Shown piece after piece: positions 1 to 15,000 of a stretch of 64,000 nt of DNA; position 1 is the stretch's first letter; each line of letters begins with the position of its first letter. The notes below the pieces were generated by a model. The model was not told the DNA's origin, did not search any database, and saw nothing but the letters and a program-made list of their open reading frames with translations. The position numbers and the translations under genes were made by a program. This DNA comes from Balanoglossus misakiensis (taxonomy: Eukaryota; Animalia; Hemichordata), in contig CM082586.2 of the NCBI GenBank assembly GCA_040954595.2, positions 10,075,337 through 10,139,336 on the forward strand, given 5' to 3'.

Positions 1-3000
1 CGACTTTGCAAAATCTAAAAATTTCGTCGATTTTTGAAAAAAATCATGGTTGAAAATCATCAAAAAATGACAAAATTTTCGACTTTGTAAAATCACAAAA
101 TTTCGTCGATTTTGAAAAAAATCATAGGTTCGTCGATTTCTAAAAAAAAACATTGGTGAAAATCATCAAAAAATGACAAATTTTCGACTTTGCAAAATCT
201 CAAAATTTCGTCGATTTTTGAAAAAAATCATGGGTGAAAATCATCAAAAAATGACAAATTTTCGACTTCGCAAAATCTCAAAATTTCGTCAATTTTTGAA
301 AAAATCAGGGGTAAAAATCATCAAAAAATGACAAATTTTCGTCTTTGCTAAATCTCAATATTTCGTCGGTTTTTGAAAAATAATATGGGTGAAAATCATC
401 AAAAAATGACAAATTTTCGACTTTGCAAAATCTCAACATTTCGTCGATTTTTGAAAAAAATCATGGGTGAAAATCATCAAAAAATGACAAATTTTCGACT
501 TTGCAAAATCTCAAAATTTCGTCCATTTTAAAAAAAAAACATGGGGGAAAATCATCAAAAAATGAGAAAATTTTCGACTTTGCAAAATCTCAAAATTTCG
601 TCGATTTTGAAAAAAATCATAGGTTCGTCGATTTAAAAAAAAAAACATGGGTGAAAATCATCAAAAAATGACAAATTTTCGACTTTGCAAAATCTCACAA
701 TTTCGTCGATTTTTGAAAAAAATCATGGGAGAAAATCATCAAAAAATGACAAATTTTCGACTTTGCAAAATCTCAACATTTCGTCGATTTTTGAAAAAAA
801 TCATGGGTGAAAATCATCAAAAAATGACAAATTTTCGACTTTGCAAAATCTCACAATTTCGTCGATTTGTGAAAAAAATCATGGGTGAAAATCATCAAAA
901 AATTACAAATTTTCGACTTTGCAAAATCTCAACATTTCGTCAATTTTTGAAAAAATCATGGGTGAAAATCATCAAAAAATGACAAATTTTCGTCTTTGCA
1001 AAATCTCAAAATTTCGTCGGTTTTTGAAAAATAATATGGTTGAAAATCATCAAAAAATGACAAAATTATCGACTTTGCAAAATCTCACAATTTCGTCGAT
1101 TTTTGAAAAAAAATCATGGGTGAAAATCATCAAAAAATGACAAATTTTCGACTTTGCAAAATCTCAAAATTTCGTCCATTTTAAAAAAAAAACATGGGGG
1201 AAAATCATCAAAAAATGAGAAAATTTTCGACTTTGCAAAATCTCAACATTTCGTCGATTTTTGAAAAAAATCATGGGTGAAAATCATCAAAAAATTACAA
1301 ATTTTCGACTTTGCAAAATCTCAACATTTCGTCGATTTTTGAAAAAAATCATGGGTGAAAATCATCAAAAAATGACAAATTTTCGACTTTGCAAAATCTC
1401 AAAATTTCGTCAATTTTTGAAAAAATCATGGGTGAAAATCATCAAAAAATGACAAATTTTCGTCTTTGCAAAATCTCAAAATTTCGTCAGTTTTTGAAAA
1501 ATAATATGGTTGAAAATCATCAAAAAATGACAAAATTATCGACTTTGCAAAATCTCACAATTTCGTCGATTTTTGAAAAAAAATCATGGGTGAAAATCAT
1601 CAAAAAATTACAAATTTTCGACTTTGCAAAATCTCAACATTTCGTCGATTTTTGAAAAAAATCATGGGTGAAAATCATCAAAAAATGACAAATTTTCGAC
1701 TTTGCAAAATCTCAAAATTTCGTCCATTTTAAAAAAAAAACATGGGGGAAAATCATCAAAAAATGAGAATATTTTCGACTTTGCAAAATCTCAAAATTTC
1801 GTCGATTTTGAAAAAAATCATAGGTTCGTCGATTTAAAAAAAAAACATGGGTGAAAATCATCAAAAAATGACAAATTTTCGACTTTGCAAAATCTAAAAA
1901 TTTCGTCGATTTTTGAAAAAAATCATGGTTGAAAATCATCAAAAAATGACAAAATTTTCGACTTTGTAAAATCACAAAATTTCGTCGATTTTGAAAAAAA
2001 TCATAGGTTCGTCGATTTCTAAAAAAAAACATTGGTGAAAATCATCAAAAAATGACAAATTTTCGACTTTGCAAAATCTCAAAATTTCGTCGATTTTTGA
2101 AAAAAATCATGGGTGAAAATCATCAAAAAATGACAAATTTTCGACTTCGCAAAATCTCAAAATTTCGTCAATTTTTGAAAAAATCAGGGGTAAAAATCAT
2201 CAAAAAATGACAAATTTTCGTCTTTGCTAAATCTCAAAATTTCGTCGGTTTTTGAAAAATAATATGGGTGAAAATCATCAAAAAATGACAAATTTTCGAC
2301 TTTGCTAAATCTCAACATTTCGTCGATTTTTGAAAAAAATCATGGGTGAAAATCATCAAAAAATGACAAATTTTCGACTTTGCAAAATCTCAAAATTTCG
2401 TCCATTTTAAAAAAAAAACATGGGGGAAAATCATCAAAAAATGAGAAAATTTTCGACTTTGCAAAATCTCAAAATTTCGTCGATTTTGAAAAAAATCATA
2501 GGTTCGTCGATTTAAAAAAAAAAACATGGGTGAAAATCATCAAAAAATGACAAATTTTCGACTTTGCAAAATCTCACAATTTCGTCGATTTTTGAAAAAA
2601 ATCATGGGAGAAAATCATCAAAAAATGACAAATTTTTCGACTTTGCAAAATCTCAACATTTCGTCGATTTTTGAAAAAAATCATGGGTGAAAATCATCAA
2701 AAAATGACAAATTTTCGACTTTGCAAAATCTCACAATTTCGTCGATTTTTGAAAAAAATCATGGGTGAAAATCATCAAAAAATTACAAATTTTCGACTTT
2801 GCAAAATCTCAACATTTCGTCAATTTTTGAAAAAATCATGGGTGAAAATCATCAAAAAATGACAAATTTTCGTCTTTGCAAAATCTCAAAATTTCGTCGG
2901 TTTTTGAAAAATAATATGGTTGAAAATCATCAAAAAATGACAAAATTATCGACTTTGCAAAATCTCACAATTTCGTCGATTTTTGAAAAAAAATCATGGG

Positions 3001-6000
3001 TGAAAATCATCAAAAAATGACAAATTTTCGACTTTGCAAAATCTCAAAATTTCGTCCATTTTAAAAAAAAAACATGGGGGAAAATCATCAAAAAATGAGA
3101 AAATTTTCGACTTTGCAAAATCTCAAAATTTCGTCGATTTTGAAAAAAATCATAGGTTCGTCGATTTAAAAAAAAAACATGGGTGAAAATCATCAAAAAA
3201 TGACAAATTTTCGACTTTGCAAAATCTCACAATTTCGTCGATTTTTGAAAAAAATCATGGGAGAAAATCATCAAAAAATGACAAATTTTCGACTTTGCAA
3301 AATCTCAACATTTCGTCGATTTTTGAAAAAAATCATGGGTGAAAATCATCAAAAAATGACAAATTTTCGACTTTGCAAAATCTCAATATTTCGTCGATTT
3401 TTGAAAAAAAATCATGGGTGTAAATCATCAAAAAATGACAAATTTTCGTCTTTGCAAAATCTCAAAATTTCGTCCATTTTTGAATAAAAATCATGGGTGA
3501 AAATCATCAAAAAATGACACATTTTCGACTTTGCAAAATCTAAAAATTTCGTCGATTTTTGAAAAAAATCATGGTTGAAAATCATCAAAAAATGACAAAA
3601 TTTTCGACTTTGTAAAATCACAAAATTTCGTCGATTTTGAAAAAAATCATAGGTTCGTCGATTTCTAAAAAAAAACATGGGTGAAAATCATCAAAAAATG
3701 ACAAATTTTCGACTTTGCAAAATCTCAAAATTTCGTCGATTTTTGAAAAAAATCATGGGTGAAAATCATCAAAAAATGACAAATTTTCGACTTCGCAAAA
3801 TCTCAAAATTTCGTCAATTTTTGAAAAAATCAGGGGTAAAAATCATCAAAAAATGACAAATTTTCGTCTTTGCTAAATCTCAAAATTTCGTCGGTTTTTG
3901 AAAAATAATATGGGTGAAAATCATCAAAAAATGACAAATTTTCGACTTTGCAAAATCTCAACATTTCGTCGATTTTTGAAAAAATCATGGGTGAAAATCA
4001 TCAAAAAATGACAAATTTTCGACTTTGCAAAATCTCAAAATTTCGTCCATTTTAAAAAAAAAACATTGGGGAAAATCATCAAAAAATGAGAAAATTTTCG
4101 ACTTTGCAAAATCTCAAAATTTCGTCGATTATGAAAAAAATCATAGGTTCGTCGATTTAAAAAAAAAACATGGGTGAAAATCATCAAAAAATGACAAATT
4201 TTCGACTTTGCAAAATCTCAACATTTCGTCGATTTTTGAAAAAAATCATGGGTGAAAATCATCAAAAAATGACAAATTATCGACTTTGCAAAATCTCACA
4301 ATTTCGTCGATTTTTGAAAAAAATCATGGGTGAAAATCATCAAAAAATTACAAATTTTCGACTTTGCAAAATCTCAACATTTCGTCGATTTTTTAAAAAA
4401 ATCATGGGTGAAAATCATCAAAAAATGACAAATTTTCGACTTTGCAAAATCTCAAAATTTCGTCAATTTTTGAAAAAAATCATGGGTGAAAATCATCAAA
4501 AAATGACAAATTTTCGACCTTTCAAAATCTCAAAATTTCGTCAATTTTTGAAAAAAATCATGGGTGAAAATCATCAAAAAATGACAAATTTTCGACTTTG
4601 CAAAATCTCAACATTTCATTGATTTTTGAAAAAAAATCATGGTTGAAAATCATCAAAAAATGACAACTTTTCGTCTTTGCAAAATCTCAAAATTTCGTCC
4701 ATTTTTGAATAAAAATCATGGGTGAAAATCATCAAAAAATGACACATTTTCGACTTTGCAAAATCTAAAAATTTCGTCGATTTTTGAAAAAAATCATGGG
4801 TGATAATCATCAAAAATGACAAATTATCGACTTTGCAAAATCTCAAAATTTCGTCGATTTTGAAAAAAACCATTGGGGGAAAATCATCAAAAAATGACAA
4901 ATTATCGACTTTGCAAAATCTCAAAATTTCGTCCATTTTAAAAAAAAAACATGGGGGAAAATCATCAAAAAATGACAAATTTTCGACTTTGCAAAATCTC
5001 AACATTTCATCGATTTTTGAAAAAAATCATGGGTGAAAATCATCAAAAAATGACAAATTTTCGTCTATGCAAAATCTCAAAATTTCGTCGGTTTTTGAAA
5101 AATAATATGGTTGAAAATCATCAAAAAATGACAAAATTATCGACTTTGCAAAATCTCACAATTTCGTCGATTTTTGAAAAAAAATCATGGGTGAAAATCA
5201 TCAAAAAATTACAAATTTTCGACTTTGCAAAATCTCAACATTTCGTCGATTTTTGAAAAAAATCATGGGTGAAAATCATCAAAAAATGACAAATTTTCGA
5301 CTTTGCAAAATCTCAAAATTTCGTCCATTTTAAAAAAAAAACATGGGGGAAAATCATCAAAAAATGAGAAAATTTTCGACTTTGCAAAATCTCAAAATTT
5401 CGTCGATTTTGAAAACAAACATTGGGGGAAAATCATCAAAAAATGACAAATTATCGACTTTGCAAAATCTCACAATTTCGTCGATTTTTGAAAAAAATCA
5501 TGGGTGAAAATCATCAAAAAATTACAAATTTTCGACTTTGCAAAATCTCAACATTTCGTCGATTTTTGAAAAAAATCATGGGTGAAAATCATCAAAAAAT
5601 TACAAATTTTCGACTTTGCAAAATCTCAACATTTCGTCGATTTTTGAAAAAAATCATGGGTGAAAATCATCAAAAAATGACAAATTTTCGACTTTGCAAA
5701 ATCTCAAAATTTCGTCAATTTTTGAAAAAATCATGGGTGAAAATCATCAAAAAATGACAAATTTTCGTCTATGCAAAATCTCAAAATTTCGTCGGTTTTT
5801 GAAAAATAATATGGTTGAAAATCATCAAAAAATGACAAAATTATCGACTTTGCAAAATCTCAACATTTCGTCGATTTTTGAAAAAAATCATGGGTGAAAA
5901 TCATCAAAAAATGACAAATTTTCGACTTTGCAAAATCTCAAAATTTCGTCGATTTTGAAAAAAATCATAGGTTCGTCGATTTAAAAAAAAAAACATGGGT

Positions 6001-9000
6001 GAAAATCATCAAAAAATGACAAATTTTCGACTTTGCAAAATCTCACAATTTCGTCGATTTTTGAAAAAAATCATGGGAGAAAATCATCAAAAAATGACAA
6101 ATTTTCGACTTTGCAAAATCTCAACATTTCGTCGATTTTTGAAAAAAATTATGGGTGAAAATCATCAAAAAATGACAAATTTTCGACTTTGCAAAATCTC
6201 AACATTTCGTCGATTTTTGAAAAAAATCATGGGTGAAAATCATCAAAAAATGACAAATTTTCGACTTTGCAAAATCTCAAAATTTCGTCGATTTTGAAAA
6301 AAATCATAGGTTCGTCGTTTTTTTTAAAAAAAAACATGGGTGAAAATCATGAAAAAATTACAAATTTTCGAATTTGCAAAATCACAAAATTTCGTCGATT
6401 TTTGAAAAAAAAAACATGGGTGAAAATCATCAAAAAATTACAAATTTTCGACTTTGCAAAATCTCAAAATTTCGTAAATTTTTGAAAAAAAGTCATGGGT
6501 GAAAATCATCAAAAAATTACAAATTTTCGTCTTTGCAAAATCTCAAAATTTCGTCGATTTTTGAAAAAATCAGGGGTAAAAATCATCAAAAAATGACAAA
6601 TTTTCGTCTTTGCTAAATCTCAAAATTTCGTCGGTTTTTGAAAAATAATATGGGTGAAAATCATCAAAAAATGACAAATTTTCGACTTTGCAAAATCTCA
6701 AAATTTCGTCCATTTTTGAAAAAAAATCATGGGTAAAAATCATCAAAAAATGACAAATTTTCGTCTTTGCAAAATCTCAAAATTTCTTCCATTTAAAAAA
6801 AAAAGCATGGGGGAAAATCATCAAAAAATGACAAATTTTCGTCTTTGCAAAATCTCAAAATTTCGTCCATTTAAAAAAAAAAACATGGGTGAAAATCATC
6901 AAAAAATGACAAATTTTTGACTTTTCAAAATCTCACAATTTCGTCGATTTTTGAAAAAAATCATGGGTGAAAATCATCAAAAAATGACAAATTATCGACT
7001 TTGCAAAATCTCAAAATTTCGTCGATTTTGAAAAAAACCATTGGGGGAAAATCATCAAAAAATGACAAATTATCGACTTTGCAAAATCTCAAAATATCGT
7101 CCATTTTAAAAAAAAAACATGGGGGAAAATCATCAAAAAATGACAAATTTTCGACTTTGCAAAATCTCAAAATTTCGTCGATTTTGAAAAAAAACATTGG
7201 GGGAAAATCATCAAAAAATGACAAATTATCGACTTTGCACAATCTCACAATTTCGTCGATTTTTGAAAAAAATCATGGGTGAAAATCATCAAAAAATTAC
7301 AAATTTTCGACTTTGCAAAATCTCAACATTTCGTCGATTTTTGAAAAAAATCATGGGTGAAAATCATCAAAAAATGACAAATTTTCGACTTTGCAAAATC
7401 TCACAATTTCGTCGATTTTTGAAAAAAATCATGGGTGAAAATCATCAAAAAATTACAAATTTTCGACTTTGCAAAATCTCAACATTTCGTCGATTTTTGA
7501 AAAAAATCATGGGTGAAAATCATCAAAAAATTACAAATTTTCGACTTTGCAAAATCTCAAAATTTCGTCGATTTTTGAAAAAAAATCATGGGTGAAAATC
7601 ATCAAAAAATTACAAATTTTCGACTTTGCAAAATCTCAAAATTTTGTCGATTTTTGAAAAAAAATCATGGGTTCGTTGATTTTTGAAAAAAAACATGGGT
7701 GAAAATCATGAAAAAATTACAAATTTTCGAATTTGCAAAATCACAAAATTTCGTCGATTTTTGAAAAAAAAAAACATGGGTGAAAATCATCAAAAAATTA
7801 CAAATTTTCGACTTTGCAAAATCTCAAAATTTCGTAAATTTTTGAAAAAAAGTCATGGGTGAAAATCATCAAAAAATTACAAATTTTCGTCTTTGCAAAA
7901 TCTCAAAATTTCGTCGATTTTTGAAAAAAAAAATCATGGGTAAAAATCATCAAAAAATTACACATTTTCGACTTTGCAAAATCTAAAAATTTTGTCGATT
8001 TTTGAAAAAAATCATGGGTGAAAATCATCAAAAAATGACAAATTTTCGTCTTTGCAAAATCTCAAAATTTCGTCCATTTTTGAATAAAAATCATGGGTGA
8101 AAATCATCAAAAAATGACACATTTTCGACTTTGCAAAATCTAAAAATTTCGTCGATTTTTGAAAAAAATCATGGTTAAAAATCATCAAAAAATGACAAAA
8201 TTTTCGACTTTGTAAAATCACAAAATTTCGTCGATTTTGAAAAAAATCATAGGTTCGTCGATTTCTAAAAAAAAACATGGGTGAAAATCATCAAAAAATG
8301 ACAAATTTTCGACTTTGCAAAATCTCAAAATTTCGTCGATTTTTGAAAAAAATCATGGGTGAAAATCATCAAAAAATGACAAATTTTCGACTTCGCAAAA
8401 TATTTTTTTTTTTTTTTTTTTGAAAAAATCAGGGGTAAAAATCATCAAAAAATGACAAATTTTCGTCTTTGCTAAATCTCAATATTTCGTCGGTTTTTGA
8501 AAAATAATATGGGTGAAAATCATCAAAAAATGACAATATTTTCGACTTTGCAAAATCTCACAATTTCGTCGATTTTTGAAAAAAATCATGGGTGAAAATC
8601 ATCAAAAAATGACAAATTATCGACTTTGCAAAATCTCAAAATTTCGTCGATTTTGAAAAAAACCATTGGGGGAAAATCATCAAAAAATGACAAATTATCG
8701 ACTTTGCAAAATCTCAAAATTTCGTCCATTTAAAAAAAAAACATGGGGGAAAATCATCAAAAATGACAAATTTTCGACTTTGCAAAATCTCAAAATTTCG
8801 TCGATTTTGAAAAAAAACATTGGGGGAAAATCATCAAAAAATGACAAATTATCGACTTTGCACAATCTCACAATTTCGTCGATTTTTGAAAAAAATCATG
8901 GGTGAAAATCATCAAAAAATTACAAATTTTCGACTTTGCAAAATCTCAACATTTCGTCGATTTTTGAAAAAAATCATGGGTGAAAATCATCAAAAAATGA

Positions 9001-12000
9001 AAAATTTTCGACTTTGCAAAATCTCACAATTCGTCGATTTTTGAAAAAAATCATGGGGTGAAAATCATCAAAAAATTACAAATTTTCGACTTTGCAAAAT
9101 CTCAACATTTCGTCGATTTTTGAAAAAAATCATGGGTGAAAATCATCAAAAAATGACAAATTTTCGACTTTGCAAAATCTCAAAATTTCGTCGATTTTGA
9201 AAAAAATCATAGGTTCGTCGATTTAAAAAAAAAACATGGGTGAAAATCATCAAAAAATGACAAATTTTCGACTTTGCAAAAATCTCACAATTTCGTCGAT
9301 TTTTGAAAAAAATCATGGGAGAAAATCATCAAAAAATGACAAATTTTCGACTTTGCAAAATCTCAACATTTCGTCGATTTTTGAAAAAAATCATGGGTGA
9401 AAATCATCAAAAAATGACAAATTTTCGACTTTGCAAAATCTCAAAATTTCGTCCATTTTAAAAAAAAAACATGGGGGAAAATCATCAAAAAATGAGAATA
9501 TTTTCGACTTTGCAAAATCTCAAAATTTCGTCGATTTTGAAAAAAATCATAGGTTCGTCGATTTAAAAAAAACATGGGTGAAAATCATCAAAAAATGACA
9601 AATTTTCGACTTTGCAAAATCTCATAATTTCGTCGATTTTTGAAAAAAATCATGGGAGAAAATCATCAAAAAATGACAAATTTTCGACTTTGCAAAATCT
9701 CAACATTTCGTCGATTTTTGAAAAAAATCATGGGTGAAAATCATCAAAAAATGACAAATTTTCGACTTTGCAAAATCTCAAAATTTCGTCGATTTTTGAA
9801 AAAAAATCATGGGTGTAAATCATCAAAAAATGACAAATTTTCGTCTTTGCAAAATCTCAAAATTTCGTCCATTTTTGAATAAAAATCATGGGTGAAAATC
9901 ATCAAAAAATGACACATTTTCGACTTTGCAAAATCTAAAAATTTCGTCGATTTTTGAAAAAAATCATGGTTGAAAATCATCAAAAAATGACAAAATTTTC
10001 GACTTTGTAAAATCACAAAATTTCGTCGATTTTGAAAAAAATCATAGGTTCGTCGATTTCTAAAAAAAAACATTGGTGAAAATCATCAAAAAATGACAAA
10101 TTTTCGACTTTGCAAAATCTCAAAATTTCGTCGATTTTTGAAAAAAATCATGGGTGAAAATCATCAAAAAATGACAAATTTTCGACTTCGCAAAATCTCA
10201 AAATTTCGTCAATTTTTGAAAAAATCAGGGGTAAAAATCATCAAAAAATGACAAATTTTCGTCTTTGCTAAATCTCAAAATTTCGTCGGTTTTTGAAAAA
10301 TAATATGGGTGAAAATCATCAAAAAATGACAAATTATCGACTTTGCACAATCTCACAATTTCGTCGATTTTTGAAAAAAATCATGGGTGAAAATCATCAA
10401 AAAATTACAAATTTTCGACTTTGCAAAATCTCAACATTTCGTCGATTTTTGAAAAAAATCATGGGTGAAAATCATCAAAAAATGACAAATTTTCGACTTT
10501 GCAAAATCTCACAATTTCGTCGATTTTTGAAAAAAATCATGGGTGAAAATCATCAAAAAATTACAAATTTTCGTTTTTGCAAAATCTCAACATTTCGTCG
10601 ATTTTTGAAAAAAATCATGGGTGAAAATCATCAAAAAATGACAAATTTTCGACTTTGCAAAATCTCAAAATTTCGTCGATTTTGAAAAAAATCATAGGTT
10701 CGTCGATTTAAAAAAAAACATGGGTGAAAATCATCAAAAAATGACAAATTTTCGACTTTGCAAAATCTCACAATTTCGTCGATTTTTGAAAAAAATCATG
10801 GGAGAAAATCATCAAAAAATGACAAATTTTCGACTTTGCAAAATCTCAAAATTTCGTCCATTTTAAAAAAAAAACATGGGGGAAAATCATCAAAAAATGA
10901 GAATATTTTCGACTTTGCAAAATCTCAAAATTTCGTCGATTTTGAAAAAAATCATAGGTTCGTCGATTTAAAAAAAAAACATGGGTGAAAATCATCAAAA
11001 AATGACAAATTTTCGACTTTGCAAAATCTCACAATTTCGTCGATTTTTGAAAAAAATCATGGGAGAAAATCATCAAAAAATGACAAATTTTCGACTTTGC
11101 AAAATCTCAACATTTCGTCGATTTTTGAAAAAAATCATGGGTGAAAATCATCAAAAAATGACAAATTTTCGACTTTGCAAAATCTCAAAATTTCGTCGAT
11201 TTTTGAAAAAAAATCATGGGTGTAAATCATCAAAAAATGACAAATTTTCGTCTTTGCAAAATCTCAAAATTTCGTCCATTTTTGAATAAAAATCATGGGT
11301 GAAAATCATCAAAAAATGACACATTTTCGACTTTGCAAAATCTAAAAATTTCGTCGATTTTTGAAAAAAATCATGGTTGAAAATCATCAAAAAATGACAA
11401 AATTTTCGACTTTGTAAAATCACAAAATTTCGTCGATTTTGAAAAAAATCATAGGTTCGTCGATTTCTAAAAAAAAACATGGGTGAAAATCATCAAAAAA
11501 TGACAAATTTTCGACTTCGCAAAATCTCAAAATTTCGTCAATTTTTGAAAAAATCAGGGGTAAAAATCATCAAAAAATGACAAATTTTCGTCTTTGCTAA
11601 ATCTCAAAATTTCGTCGGTTTTTGAAAAATAATATGGGTGAAAATCATCAAAAAATGACAAATTTTCGACTTTGCAAAATCTCAACATTTCGTCGATTTT
11701 TGAAAAAAATCATGGGTGAAAATCATCAAAAAATGACAAATTTTCGACTTTGCAAAATCTCAAAATTTCGTCCATTTTAAAAAAAAAACATGGGGGAAAA
11801 TCATCAAAAAATGAGAAAATTTTCGACTTTGCAAAATCTCAAAATTTCGTCGATTTTGAAAAAAATCATAGGTTCGTCGATTTAAAAAAAAAAACATGGG
11901 TGAAAATCATCAAAAAATGACAAATTTTCGACTTTGCAAAATCTCACAATTTCGTCGATTTTTGAAAAAAATCATGGGAGAAAATCATCAAAAAATGACA

Positions 12001-15000
12001 AATTTTCGACTTTGCAAAATCTCAACATTTCGTCGATTTTTGAAAAAAATCATGGGTGAAAATCATCAAAAAATGACAAATTTTCGACTTTGCAAAATCT
12101 CACAATTTCGTCGATTTGTGAAAAAAATCATGGGTGAAAATCATCAAAAAATTACAAATTTTCGACTTTGCAAAATCTCAACATTTCGTCAATTTTTGAA
12201 AAAAATCATGGGTGAAAATCATCAAAAAATGACAAATTTTCGTCTTTGCAAAATCTCAAAATTTCGTCAGTTTTTGAAAAATAATATGGTTGAAAATCAT
12301 CAAAAAATGACAAAATTATCGACTTTGCAAAATCTCACAATTTCGTCGATTTTTGAAAAAAAATCATGGGTGAAAATCATCAAAAAATGACAAATTTTCG
12401 ACTTTGCAAAATCTCAAAATTTCGTCCATTTAAAAAAAAAAACATGGGGGAAAATCATCAAAAAATGAGAATATTTTCGACTTTGCAAAATCTCAAAATT
12501 TCGTCGATTTTGAAAAAAATCATAGGTTCGTCGATTTAAAAAAAAAACATGGGTGAAAATCATCAAAAAATGACAAATTTTCGACTTTGCAAAATCTCAC
12601 AATTTCGTCGATTTTTGAAAAAAATCATGGGAGAAAATCATCAAAAAATGACAAATTTTCGACTTTGCAAAATCTCAACATTTCGTCGATTTTTGAAAAA
12701 AATCATGGGTGAAAATCATCAAAAAATGACAAATTTTCGACTTTGCAAAATCTCAAAATTTCGTCGATTTTTGAAAAAAAATCATGGGTGTAAATCATCA
12801 AAAAATGACAAATTTTCGTCTTTGCAAAATCTCAAAATTTCGTCCATTTTTGAATAAAAATCATGGGTGAAAATCATCAAAAAATGACACATTTTCGACT
12901 TTGCAAAATCTAAAAATTTCGTCGATTTTTGAAAAAAATCATGGTTGAAAATCATCAAAAAATGACAAAATTTTCGACTTTGTAAAATCACAAAATTTCG
13001 TCGATTTTGAAAAAAATCATAGGTTCGTCGATTTCTAAAAAAAAACATTGGTGAAAATCATCAAAAAATGACAAATTTTCGACTTTGCAAAATCTCAAAA
13101 TTTCGTCGATTTTTGAAAAAAATCATGGGTGAAAATCATCAAAAAATGACAAATTTTCGACTTCGCAAAATCTCAAAATTTCGTCGATTTTTGAAAAAAA
13201 TCATGGGTGAAAATCATCAAAAAATGACAAATTTTCGACTTTGCAAAATCTCAAAATTTCGTCCATTTTAAAAAAAAAACATGGGGGAAAATCATCAAAA
13301 AATGAGAAAATTTTCGACTTTGCAAAATCTCAAAATTTCGTCGATTTTGAAAAAAATCATAGGTTCGTCGATTTAAAAAAAAAAACATGGGTGAAAATCA
13401 TCAAAAAATGACAAATTTTCGACTTTGCAAAATCTCACAATTTCGTCGATTTTTGAAAAAAATCATGGGAGAAAATCATCAAAAAATGACAAATTTTTCG
13501 ACTTTGCAAAATCTCAACATTTCGTCGATTTTTGCAAAAAATCATGGGTGAAAATCATCAAAAAATGACAAATTTTCGACTTTGCAAAATCTCACAATTT
13601 CGTCGATTTTTGAAAAAAATCATGGGTGAAAATCATCAAAAAATTACAAATTTTCGACTTTGCAAAATCTCAACATTTCGTCAATTTTTGAAAAAATCAT
13701 GGGTGAAAATCATCAAAAAATGACAAATTTTCGTCTTTGCAAAATCTCAAAATTTCGTCGGTTTTTGAAAAATAATATGGTTGAAAATCATCAAAAAATG
13801 ACAAAATTATCGACTTTGCAAAATCTCACAATTTCGTCGATTTTTGAAAAAAAATCATGGGTGAAAATCATCAAAAAATGACAAATTTTCGACTTTGCAA
13901 AATCTCAAAATTTCGTCCATTTTAAAAAAAAAACATGGGGGAAAATCATCAAAAAATGAGAAAATTTTCGACTTTGCAAAATCTCAAAATTTCGTCGATT
14001 TTGAAAAAAATCATAGGTTCGTCGATTTAAAAAAAAAACATGGGTGAAAATCATCAAAAAATGACAAATTTTCGACTTTGCAAAATCTCACAATTTCGTC
14101 GATTTTTGAAAAAAATCATGGGAGAAAATCATCAAAAAATGACAAATTTTCGACTTTGCAAAATCTCAACATTTCGTCGATTTTTGAAAAAAATCATGGG
14201 TGAAAATCATCAAAAAATGACAAATTTTCGACTTTGCAAAATCTCAATATTTCGTCGATTTTTGAAAAAAAATCATGGGTGTAAATCATCAAAAAATGAC
14301 AAATTTTCGTCTTTGCAAAATCTCAAAATTTCGTCCATTTTTGAATAAAAATCATGGGTGAAAATCATCAAAAAATGACACATTTTCGACTTTGCAAAAT
14401 CTAAAAATTTCGTCGATTTTTGAAAAAAATCATGGTTGAAAATCATCAAAAAATGACAAAATTTTCGACTTTGTAAAATCACAAAATTTCGTCGATTTTG
14501 AAAAAAATCATAGGTTCGTCGATTTCTAAAAAAAAACATGGGTGAAAATCATCAAAAAATGACAAATTTTCGACTTTGCAAAATCTCAAAATTTCGTCGA
14601 TTTTTGAAAAAAATCATGGGTGAAAATCATCAAAAAATGACAAATTTTCGACTTCGCAAAATCTCAAAATTTCGTCAATTTTTGAAAAAATCAGGGGTAA
14701 AAATCATCAAAAAATGACAAATTTTCGTCTTTGCTAAATCTCAAAATTTCGTCGGTTTTTGAAAAATAATATGGGTGAAAATCATCAAAAAATGACAAAT
14801 TTTCGACTTTGCAAAATCTCAACATTTCGTCGATTTTTGAAAAAATCATGGGTGAAAATCATCAAAAAATGACAAATTTTCGACTTTGCAAAATCTCAAA
14901 ATTTCGTCCATTTTAAAAAAAAAACATTGGGGAAAATCATCAAAAAATGAGAAAATTTTCGACTTTGCAAAATCTCAAAATTTCGTCGATTATGAAAAAA

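Noticed and set aside
22-48. CENP-B box in the satellite (TTCG...GGG)
   Set aside because: The spacing and the CGGG required by NTTCGNNNNANNCGGGN are absent.
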